Part shown: positions 24,546 through 32,000 of the stretch, one piece after another
How the letters are laid out: every line of letters begins with the position of its first letter
How positions within the stretch are numbered: position 1 is the first letter of the stretch
Assembly: GCF_000284455.1 (NCBI RefSeq)
Contig: NC_017039.1
Coordinates: forward strand, 1,920,001 to 1,952,000
DNA length: 32,000 nucleotides
Direction: 5' to 3'
Source: Synechocystis sp. PCC 6803 substr. PCC-P
GTDB taxonomy: Bacteria > Cyanobacteriota > Cyanobacteriia > Cyanobacteriales > Microcystaceae
The notes under the pieces: model-generated
The model's input: the letters and a program-made list of their open reading frames with translations, nothing else
Told to the model about the DNA's origin: nothing
Databases searched by the model: none
Translations under genes and position numbers: made by a program

Positions 24546-26207
24546 TCAGTGGAGACAATAGTCGGGAATGCAGTTTTGCTCCATATATTCATGGTACTTT
24601 TGAATTTGCTTGTCACATTGCTCCTGGGTCCAGCCACAATGGTCTGTTAACGTTTGGCAAATGCCGGCCAGGGCGCTAAAGCCATAATCGTTAGTCACCA
24701 TGGCGATCGCCGTACGTCGTCGACAAATATCCACCAAGGTGTGGGCCATTTCTGCTTGTACTGCAAAAACAACTTGGGCTTTGATATCCGGCAAGGAAGG
24801 AATAATCCTTTCCCCCAACTCCGGCGCTCCGTGGACTAAGGCTAAAATGTCTCCAGCCCTGGCTCCGTAAAGGCAAAATAAATGTTGAATAGAATGACGC
24901 TCCAAATGATTGCCATATTTATCCATGGCAGTTTCCAAGGACAGGGGATAGGCTTCTGCCCCCGGTAAAGGTTGGGTCAGGGTTGGACAGGGAGGAGCAG
25001 AGCGTCTCAGCTTGCCATAAACCTTATCCACCATTTCTTCTCCCACCTGGCGATAGGTGGTCAACTTACCGCCAATTAGGGAAATCAAATTATTAACTCC
25101 GTCTTGACTATGGTCATAAAGAATATGGTTGCGGGTAATACTGCCGGCCTTTTTGCCATCGGTGTAGGGCAGAGGGCGCACCCCGGAATAGGTGAAACGC
25201 ACATCCTGCCTGGTTAACTGAGCTGCTGGCATCACCCGGTTAGTTTCCGCAATCAGGTAATCAATCTCGTCATCACTGGCTTTAACCCTGTCGAGGGAAC
25301 CATCATAGCGGTGGTCCGTGGTGCCAATCAGATATTTACCCAACCAGGGAATGATGAAATAGGGCCGTTTATCCACAAACGCTTCCACATATAAGGCTGA
25401 AGCGGGGGCTCCAGGGAAGGGATCCACCACAATATGACTGCCCTTGGTGCCACCAATTTTTCTTTCTTGGACAATGGCAACGGGTTCTCCCCCTCGATGG
25501 GCTAAGCCACAAACTTCATCTACCCAGGGGCCAGTGGTATTAATGACGATCGCCTGGGCGCTATTAACAGTAAATTTTTCTCCGCTCAGTTGATCCTGGC
25601 AATGGATGGCGGTAATCAGGTTATTTTCCCCTTTCTCCAACCCCTTCACAGCCACATAATTGAGCATGGCCGCCCCGGCCTTTTGGGCCGATAGGGTCAC
25701 TTCTAAATCTAACCGTTCCGCATATTCCACCTGGCCGTCAAAATATTGGGCTCCTCCTTTTAAGCCTTTTTTCTCCGCCGCTCGGAACAGTTGCTGGAAC
25801 TGTTGGGGGCTTAACATCCTATGGGAAGGGAGGGTTTTATCAAAACTGAGGATGTCGTAAAGAATCATGCCCGCCTGAATTTCCCAATAGGCCCGGCTCG
25901 ACCAGTCGTACACCGGAATGGTCAACTGGAGGGGCTGGACCAAATGGGGGGCGGTGTGGAGCAGAACTTCCCGCTCCCGCAGGGATTCCCGCACCAGATT
26001 AAATTCAAAATATTCCAGATAGCGCAGGCCGCCATGGATTAAGCGGGTGGACCAACTACTCGTACCACTGGCGAAATCATCCTTTTCGATCAGGAGGGTT
26101 TTTAGGCCCCGTAGGGCTCCGTCCCGGGCCGTGCCAACCCCGTTAATGCCTCCCCCAATCACAATTAGGTCATAGGCCGTATTTTGGATTTCTGGGAAAT
26201 TACGCAT
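24546..26207 (-). CDS. glpD: FAD-dependent glycerol-3-phosphate dehydrogenase
   Basis: YDLIVIGGGINGVGTARDGALRG dinucleotide-binding fold, WSTRLIHGGLRYLE, and the GGKLTTYR block. The ATG at 26207 is preceded by GGAG. The track start at 26225 is TTG. Confidence 0.92.
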   Translation of the reverse strand: MRNFPEIQNTAYDLIVIGGGINGVGTARDGALRGLKTLLIEKDDFASGTSSWSTRLIHGGLRYLEYFEFNLVRESLREREVLLHTAPHLVQPLQLTIPVYDWSSRAYWEIQAGMILYDILSFDKTLPSHRMLSPQQFQQLFRAAEKKGLKGGAQYFDGQVEYAERLDLEVTLSAQKAGAAMLNYVAVKGLEKGENNLITAIHCQDQLSGEKFTVNSAQAIVINTTGPWVDEVCGLAHRGGEPVAIVQERKIGGTKGSHIVVDPFPGAPASALYVEAFVDKRPYFIIPWLGKYLIGTTDHRYDGSLDRVKASDDEIDYLIAETNRVMPAAQLTRQDVRFTYSGVRPLPYTDGKKAGSITRNHILYDHSQDGVNNLISLIGGKLTTYRQVGEEMVDKVYGKLRRSAPPCPTLTQPLPGAEAYPLSLETAMDKYGNHLERHSIQHLFCLYGARAGDILALVHGAPELGERIIPSLPDIKAQVVFAVQAEMAHTLVDICRRRTAIAMVTNDYGFSALAGICQTLTDHCGWTQEQCDKQIQKYHEYMEQNCIPDYCLH

Positions 26208-26352
26208 GGCTGGGTAATGCTCCAATGAGGAATAAATCGTGCAATTGAATGGAAAAAAGCCCCCTAAACTCTAACTTTGGGCAATTTTTAGGGGGTTTGG
26301 ACAATGGTTATTTGGTTACCATCCGCCGACCACAACTGGCATTGGCGATCGC

Positions 26353-27852
26353 CTACATTTGGGGGGGCTCTCCCAGTACCACATCGGCGTAGGCTTCCCG
26401 CAGTAGGTGATTGGCCCATTGTTGAACGTCGTAACGCTTAATGGCGGCGTACATTCTCCCCATGCGTTTTTTCTGTTCGTCTTTGTCCATGGCCAGGGCC
26501 TGGTCAATGGATTCGTCCATACGGCTGGAAGCGTAGGGGTTAGTCAACACCGCATCGGGTAGTTCCACCGCACAACCGGCAAATTCCGAGAGGATCAGAA
26601 CTCCTTCTTCGCCATTTTTAGCCACCACATACTCCTTAGCCACCAGGTTTAGCCCATCCCGCAGGGGAGTGATCCAGGCAATGTCGGCGGCACAGAACAG
26701 GGCAATGAGCTCCTCATAGGCTAAAGGAGAGGTGAACAGCATCACTGGTGTCCAGGACAGTTTGGCAAAGCGACCGTTAATTTTCCCTGCCAGTCGTTCA
26801 ATTTCGTTTTGGGCGTTGCGATAAATACGCATTCCCTCAGCGGCCTTGGCTACGGGGACTACCAGGCTAATTTCCCCCTGCAATTCGGGGCGACGCTCCA
26901 GTAGACGTTCATAGCACATCAACATTTCCTTGGTGCCCTTCACGTAATCCACCCGCCCAGCGGAAACAATTAGCCTCTTACCGCCTAAATCTTGTTTAAT
27001 TTCAGCAACTTTTTGTTGCACACTTTCTTTGGCCACGATCGCCCGGATATTTGCCGGATTGGTGCCCACGGGAAACGCATCGAGGTTAATGAGGCGATCG
27101 CCATAACGCAACTGGGTGGTGAGTTCCGGTTCCGCCAGGGCCGTACCGTAGGGGGTAAAGGCTTGGTCTACCACAACCCGTCTGGTGATTTCCACCGGCT
27201 TGAGACTACGGGCCACGGCGACAAAATTTTCTACGTAGCGGGGAATATGAAAACCACAGAGATCACAGGCCAGCAAGCTTTCTACGATCGCCTCCCGCCA
27301 GGGCAAAATATTGAAAATATCAACGCTGGGGAAGGGGGTGTGGTGGAAAAAGGCAATCTTGGCGTTGGGCTTGAGCTGACGAATGTAAAGGGGCGCTAAC
27401 CAGAGGTTATAGTCGTGGACCCAAAACAATGCATTGTCATCGGCATCGGCACAGGCCGCCTCGGCAAATAAGCGGTTAATGTGCTGAAAATTATCCCAAT
27501 CAGAAGAATCGTAGGTGAACTGCCAGGGGAAAGAGTGGAGAATGGGCCAAAAGGCTTCCTTGGAAGTGATGTGATAGAAGTTTTTTACCTGCTCCGCCGT
27601 CAGGGGCACCCGGCGCACCGTACAACGATCGCCAAGGCCTTCAATGGACATATCCGCCTGAAAATCATCCTTTTGCTTCGGCGAAACCTGTTTCCATGCG
27701 ACCCAGGTGCTCTGTTCCGCATCGGCAAAAAAACTTTTGAGGGTGGGCAAAATCCCGTTGGGACTCTTTTTCTCTCGATACACCGTTTTGCCATTTTCCC
27801 TAACTTCGTCGTAGGGCTCACGGTGGTAAAGGATCACAAGGGATGAATTCAT
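26353..27852 (-). CDS. ggpS: Glucosylglycerol-phosphate synthase (GT20, OtsA-like)
   Basis: MNSSLVILYHREPYDEV... is recognisable as GgpS, with GT20 blocks (VHDYNLWL, LILSEFAGCA). The ATG at 27852 is preceded by GGAGA. The track start at 27876 is TTG. Confidence 0.92.
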   Translation of the reverse strand: MNSSLVILYHREPYDEVRENGKTVYREKKSPNGILPTLKSFFADAEQSTWVAWKQVSPKQKDDFQADMSIEGLGDRCTVRRVPLTAEQVKNFYHITSKEAFWPILHSFPWQFTYDSSDWDNFQHINRLFAEAACADADDNALFWVHDYNLWLAPLYIRQLKPNAKIAFFHHTPFPSVDIFNILPWREAIVESLLACDLCGFHIPRYVENFVAVARSLKPVEITRRVVVDQAFTPYGTALAEPELTTQLRYGDRLINLDAFPVGTNPANIRAIVAKESVQQKVAEIKQDLGGKRLIVSAGRVDYVKGTKEMLMCYERLLERRPELQGEISLVVPVAKAAEGMRIYRNAQNEIERLAGKINGRFAKLSWTPVMLFTSPLAYEELIALFCAADIAWITPLRDGLNLVAKEYVVAKNGEEGVLILSEFAGCAVELPDAVLTNPYASSRMDESIDQALAMDKDEQKKRMGRMYAAIKRYDVQQWANHLLREAYADVVLGEPPQM

Positions 27853-28127
27853 AAAATCAGCGGTCTCCAAAATCAAGAATCAAACAAAGTAACTATTGGG
27901 TTAGTCTAGTACGGCTAATGCACCCGACTTCCCGGAACCCAAGTTAATTCCCGCCGGGGCATTTTAGTACGTTGAATAAAACTTTTCACCGCTAATATCG
28001 GTACAGAAAAATTGATTACGTCCTGGGCGAGTCCACAGACATCGCGTTCCCCTGTGGGGGCAATTACGGTAACGGCTCATAAATCTTTGTTAAAGATTAC
28101 TTAACCCGTCAGTAAAATGCCGTAACA

Positions 28128-28400
28128 CTAATTACCTTTTCCCCTTACTCCAGAGGAGAACAGCAGCGGCAAGCCACCAATCTCTGGTTTTTGGAAAGCC
28201 GCCCCTGGACTATGGAAAAAGTAGTTACTTGTTAAGTATAGTAACAGAAAAAGCTTTTCTGGCAAGATTTCTGCTTCTGGAGTTGGGGGTATCCTCTGGA
28301 AATTTACCCGTCGATTGCGGTAAATTCTATTTTTTTTGTTAACCTTAAAACTATTGCCATGGGCAGGGTAAATTGATTTTTTCTTGTTGTTTGATCCCAT
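28128..28400 (-). CDS. ggpR: Small basic ORF upstream of ggpS, candidate for the ggpS repressor-associated ORF GgpR
   Basis: A 90-aa ATG-initiated ORF on the same strand as ggpS, 276 nt upstream, with a K/R/N-rich N-terminus. Published work describes a small ORF overlapping the ggpS promoter in PCC 6803, but I cannot confirm that this is the same ORF. Confidence 0.4.
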   Translation of the reverse strand: MGSNNKKKSIYPAHGNSFKVNKKNRIYRNRRVNFQRIPPTPEAEILPEKLFLLLYLTSNYFFHSPGAAFQKPEIGGLPLLFSSGVRGKGN

Positions 28401-28640
28401 TTTCCAGTCTTTTTGACTTCCATTCAGTCAGGATAATTTTTGCAGTTTTTTTATGGAGTTTTGATAACATTGAGCTTTGCCCCCGGCGATCGCCTAGGGA
28501 TAAACAATAAACGTGTGAACTAATATGCCTGGATTTATCCCTGGATTGACATTGTTTTTGCCCCCCTAAGTCAGCAATGACAGAGTTGAAAATCCCTTAC
28601 TCCCCAGCAATTTCAGCTTATTTTGAGCTTATTTTTCAGT

Positions 28641-31298
28641 ATGAAAACATTGAATCGTATCCATCTGGTCGAAGAAGAAACAGAAAAACTAATGGCTTGG
28701 GCCCGGAGTGTCACGGAATCGCCGGAGAACTATTTCCAAGCGGCCCGGGAAGTGGTGAAAAAATTGGGGGGCCATTACCAAGGGGATGGCCTAACCCAAG
28801 TGGGATTTTGGGTGCCCCGGTTAGCGGGGGAAGGGGCTTTTACTGAAAAGTTAATTTACCTAGAGGTGTTTACGCCCCTGGGGGAGATTGATTTCCAAGC
28901 GCCGGAACAAACTGGCTTGTTTCGTTGGGAAAGGATTGAATTGCCGCAACAGGGGGAATTTGTTTGGGCTGTGCTGTCGGGGATGCGGCCAGGCACCAGA
29001 GATCAAGCTGGTTCTTTCTATTGGTTGCGCTATTACGATTCCATTTTGTCCAACACGTTGGTCATCCGTGATCCCCTGACCTATTCCCTGCCCTACGGTG
29101 TTTTTGCCCCAGCGGAACTGTACGATGTGGAAAAAATGCAGAGGGAACGGGCGGATTTAGATTATTTACGGCGATCGGCTGCCCTGAACCATTGCCAAGA
29201 AAATCCTGAAAATGTCTTTGATCCGGAGCAGCTTAAGGCCCAGCGGGCGGCGGTGCTTAACCCGGCCATTCCTGTGGATCAAAATTTGCATCCCGATGAA
29301 GACAGCGAAGCGGCCATTTGTCGGGTGGGGGCCATGGCCAATATTTTGCAGATCCACATCAATACCGCTTCCCCGGAAGGCACCCTGGTGGGACTCACTA
29401 AAATTTACCAACGGCTGGGGGAAAAAATTCTCCGGCACGAACCCCTCAGCGACGCGGAACAGAATTATTTGGGCTACGACGCCATCCAACTATTGCCCAT
29501 CGAACCCACCATTGAATATCGCCTGGAAGATTTCAACCAAGACCACGAATTTTTCTCCATTGCCGGGGAAGAGGTGGAGGAAATAGAAGTGGAAGAAGGG
29601 GCTGTGGTGGTGGAAGAGAAAATCAAAGTTACCCTCCGCAAACCCAATACCCAAAATTGGGGCTATGACGTGCCCATTCTCGGTTCCGGAGCCACTAATC
29701 CTGCGGTGTTAGGTACTTTGCGCCCGGATGAATTGGTGGACTTGATTGCCACGTTGCACAATTTTCCCAGCGGCCCCATTCAGGTAATTTACGATTTGGT
29801 CTATGGCCATGCCGATAACCAGGCGTTGGAATTGCTCAATCGGCAATATTTTAAAGGCCCCAATATGTACGGCCAGGATTTGAACCATCAGTTGCCCATT
29901 GTTCGGGCCATTTTGTTGGAAATGCAACGGCGCAAAATTAATACCGGAGCCGACGGTATTCGGGTGGATGGGGGCCAGGATTTCCGCTTTTTTAATCCCC
30001 TCACGGGACGGGTGGAACAGGACGATGCCTATTTATTAGCTATGAGCGATGTGGTGCAGGAAATCCAAGGTTGTAAACGGTTACTGTTCACTATTTTTGA
30101 AGATGGCCGTCCCTGGCCCGAAGACGGTTGGGAAGAGAAATCCACCTATAGGGAGTTAATTGAGCTGCGGCCGGAATCCTACCAGTGGGGTCCCCTAATT
30201 TTTGCCCATAACACCCCCTCCCTCAAGGGTTTTTGGCAACGGAAATGGGAACGGGTTTGTGAGGTGATGTACAAAGGCGATCGGTGGATCACTGGCTGTG
30301 GTAACCACGATACGGTGCGCCGGGGTAACCAAATTGACCACCATAACTCGGAAATTAACTGGAATTTGGGCACAACTTTGCCGGAAGTGTTGCACAATGC
30401 CTACGACAATCCGGCCACCTTATTGTGGGTCTATGGTTTTTGCCCGGGCTTACCGATGGATTTTTTAAATGCCATGATGCACAGTCCCTGGGGGTTTTTC
30501 CGCAACACCGATGAACGCTATGGCGTGAAAGTAGCTTTTGAAGAAGCGGGTTTTCTCGATTGGCAAATTTCCCCGGAGTTATACCAGCACCCCCAACTAT
30601 TTCCCCAACTAAAGGCCCTGGGTTTTAAAGATTTGGCACTGTTGCAACGGTTTATGAAGGCAGTGGCCGATGCCATGGTGAAAAAAGATTTTCAGCTCGA
30701 AGCGGTAGCTAAGGCCTGTCGCCATTGTTTGGGCTATGAGCCTGAGGAAGATGGGGACGCGGCGGCCTGTGATCTGGAATTACTCAGTCAGTTTAAACAT
30801 GCCGAACAACCGGAATTTGTTACCCGTTTGGATGTGCCGAAGTTGAAAAAATTTGCTAGGGCTTTTATGGAAGATGGCCACGAAGCTTGTCGGGTATCCT
30901 ATCATTTCGACCAAGTGGACCCAGAAAGAAGTCGTTTTAACTTGGCATTGCGCAATTACCGACGGCAACATCCCTGGTTACACCACAATCTCCAAGACGG
31001 CGATCGCTTTAACCGCATCCATGAAAATGACCACACTCTTTTTTATGGTCTCAGGACTAACCCCGCCACAGCCCACAGTGATGATCCTGAAAAGGTGGTG
31101 ATGGTGACCCATATGGAGGGAGATCCTGCCATTGTTACCTTGGGGGACTGGTTACAACTGGATTTGCAGGAATGGGAAGTGGCGATCGCCACCCCGGGGG
31201 TGAATGTGGATTCCACGGCGGATTCGTTACGGGTGTTTGAGTTGCGGGATGGCCAGGGTGTGATTTTGCGCAACAGTCGCTCGAAGAAGGAATGCTAG
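28641..31298 (+). CDS. gghA: GH13-like glycoside hydrolase, probable glucosylglycerol hydrolase
   Basis: Degenerate alpha-amylase-family blocks occur in the right order: YDLVYGHADN (region I-like, ~29790), DGIRVDGGQDF (region II-like with Asp, ~29950), FTIFEDG (region III-like Glu, ~30090), GCGNHDT (region IV-like, ~30300). The ATG at 28641 is in frame with the track's TTG at 28623. It is divergent from ggpS and followed by glpK. Confidence 0.75.
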   Translation: MKTLNRIHLVEEETEKLMAWARSVTESPENYFQAAREVVKKLGGHYQGDGLTQVGFWVPRLAGEGAFTEKLIYLEVFTPLGEIDFQAPEQTGLFRWERIELPQQGEFVWAVLSGMRPGTRDQAGSFYWLRYYDSILSNTLVIRDPLTYSLPYGVFAPAELYDVEKMQRERADLDYLRRSAALNHCQENPENVFDPEQLKAQRAAVLNPAIPVDQNLHPDEDSEAAICRVGAMANILQIHINTASPEGTLVGLTKIYQRLGEKILRHEPLSDAEQNYLGYDAIQLLPIEPTIEYRLEDFNQDHEFFSIAGEEVEEIEVEEGAVVVEEKIKVTLRKPNTQNWGYDVPILGSGATNPAVLGTLRPDELVDLIATLHNFPSGPIQVIYDLVYGHADNQALELLNRQYFKGPNMYGQDLNHQLPIVRAILLEMQRRKINTGADGIRVDGGQDFRFFNPLTGRVEQDDAYLLAMSDVVQEIQGCKRLLFTIFEDGRPWPEDGWEEKSTYRELIELRPESYQWGPLIFAHNTPSLKGFWQRKWERVCEVMYKGDRWITGCGNHDTVRRGNQIDHHNSEINWNLGTTLPEVLHNAYDNPATLLWVYGFCPGLPMDFLNAMMHSPWGFFRNTDERYGVKVAFEEAGFLDWQISPELYQHPQLFPQLKALGFKDLALLQRFMKAVADAMVKKDFQLEAVAKACRHCLGYEPEEDGDAAACDLELLSQFKHAEQPEFVTRLDVPKLKKFARAFMEDGHEACRVSYHFDQVDPERSRFNLALRNYRRQHPWLHHNLQDGDRFNRIHENDHTLFYGLRTNPATAHSDDPEKVVMVTHMEGDPAIVTLGDWLQLDLQEWEVAIATPGVNVDSTADSLRVFELRDGQGVILRNSRSKKEC

Positions 31299-31350
31299 GG
31301 CCAACCAGAGCAAGGATTTTTTTTGATTAATTTTTCGGAGGTTACCGTCT

Positions 31351-32000
31351 ATGACAGCAAAACATAATCAGTATGTAATGGCCCTGGATTTGGGCACCAC
31401 CGGCAATCGAGCTATTTTGTTTGATTACGAAGGCAATATTGTCGGGCAAGCTTACAAAGAGTTAACCCAGTTCTATCCCAAGGCTGGCTGGGTGGAGCAC
31501 GATGCCCTGGAAATCTGGCGGGATACGAAAACAGTCATGCAGGAAGTGGTGCAAAAAACCGCTATCCAACCCCAACAAATTGTGGCGATCGGTCTAACGG
31601 TGCAACGGGAAACGTGTTTGCTCTGGGATAAGACCACTGGCCAACCCCTCCATCCGGCAATTGTCTGGCAGGATCGACGCACTGCTCACTTTTGTGGAGA
31701 ATTAACCGCGGCGGGCTACGTGGACGAAATTTATGAGCGCACCGGCCTCGTGTTAGATGCCTATTTTTCGGGCACCAAACTCCATTGGTTATTGGATTGG
31801 GTTAAACAGAGTAAGAGTGTCGATCCAGCTAATCTGTTGGCGGGCACCATTGATAGCTGGGCCCTCTGGAACTTAACTGGGGGTAAAGTACACCGCACGG
31901 ACCACAGCAATGCTAGCCGTACTATGGTGCTCAATTTAGACAGCCTCATCTGGGATGAAAAGCTGTTGGATTTATTCACCATTCCCGCCCAGATTATGCC
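31351..32000 (+). CDS. glpK: Glycerol kinase, N-terminal ~216 aa; continues beyond the window and is not in the ORF track
   Basis: My own translation from the ATG at 31351 (SD GGAGG at 31338): MTAKHNQYVMALDLGTTGNRAILFD...GWVEHDALEIW...IVWQDRRT...DAYFSGTKLHWLLD. These are classic FGGY/GlpK motifs. The frame is open to the window end. Confidence 0.93.
   Translation, partial: MTAKHNQYVMALDLGTTGNRAILFDYEGNIVGQAYKELTQFYPKAGWVEHDALEIWRDTKTVMQEVVQKTAIQPQQIVAIGLTVQRETCLLWDKTTGQPLHPAIVWQDRRTAHFCGELTAAGYVDEIYERTGLVLDAYFSGTKLHWLLDWVKQSKSVDPANLLAGTIDSWALWNLTGGKVHRTDHSNASRTMVLNLDSLIWDEKLLDLFTIPAQIM

Noticed and set aside
26316-26507. 63-aa minus-strand ORF spanning the ggpS stop and the ggpS-glpD spacer
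   Set aside because: It is out of frame with the ggpS 3' end, is W/P/T-rich and has no SD sequence.
26992-27846. Plus-strand ORFs at 26992-27399 and 27481-27846, and minus-strand ORF at 27600-27821, within ggpS
   Set aside because: These are antisense or alternative frames of an unambiguous GT20 gene.
28577-29079. ORFs at 28577-28846 and 28888-29079 overlapping the 5' part of the GH13-like gene
   Set aside because: They are alternative frames of the long ORF, which has a continuous 885-aa reading frame with family motifs.
31473-31982. Minus-strand ORFs at 31473-31682 and 31761-31982
   Set aside because: They are antisense to glpK, whose plus-strand frame shows canonical glycerol-kinase motifs. 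The ORF track omitted glpK only because it has no stop codon in the window.
1-32000. Search for tRNA, rRNA, tmRNA-like or riboswitch sequences in the intergenic regions
   Set aside because: I saw no T-loop/acceptor-stem patterns (GGTTCGAATCC-like) and no conserved riboswitch cores that I could recognise by eye. Without covariance-model tools, absence cannot be proven.

Overview
This window looks like chromosomal DNA from a Synechocystis PCC 6803-type cyanobacterium. That identification comes from memory of the gene order and from the density of the HIP1 octamer GCGATCGC, and it cannot be verified here. Most of the window is core metabolism. From left to right: purD (3' part), ribonucleotide reductase large subunit, sulfate adenylyltransferase, a GT-B glycosyltransferase, geranylgeranyl reductase chlP, a GldA-type dehydrogenase, glutathione peroxidase, an SSS symporter, and a divergent glucosylglycerol/glycerol cluster (ggpS-glpD on the minus strand, a GH13-like hydrolase plus glpK on the plus strand, with a small basic ORF between them). 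Accessory or unusual content: (1) a decayed IS630-family element at about 2195-3165 whose terminal repeat is tandemly iterated four times. It abuts a 5'-truncated RpiB-like ORF and an AT-rich, HIP1-free segment carrying a CDA-fold deaminase, a tandem ABM-domain membrane protein and an SLH-less OprB-type porin. (2) An AT-rich vapBC-type toxin-antitoxin cassette next to a 43-codon remnant of a P-loop NTPase-like gene. (3) A DUF433 gene whose DUF5615-like partner is cut to 21 codons. (4) A half-size UPF0016/GDT1 protein. (5) A DUF2330-like secreted protein, a sub-threshold small ORF and an orphan ABC-2 permease. I found no rRNA, tRNA or CRISPR array. I see no convincing complete novel multi-gene system; the best candidate is the deaminase/ABM/porin trio in the AT-rich segment, and its function is pure inference. 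Many ORF-track starts are TTG or GTG read-throughs, so I trimmed them to the first plausible ATG where N-terminal homology or a Shine-Dalgarno (SD) sequence supports it.
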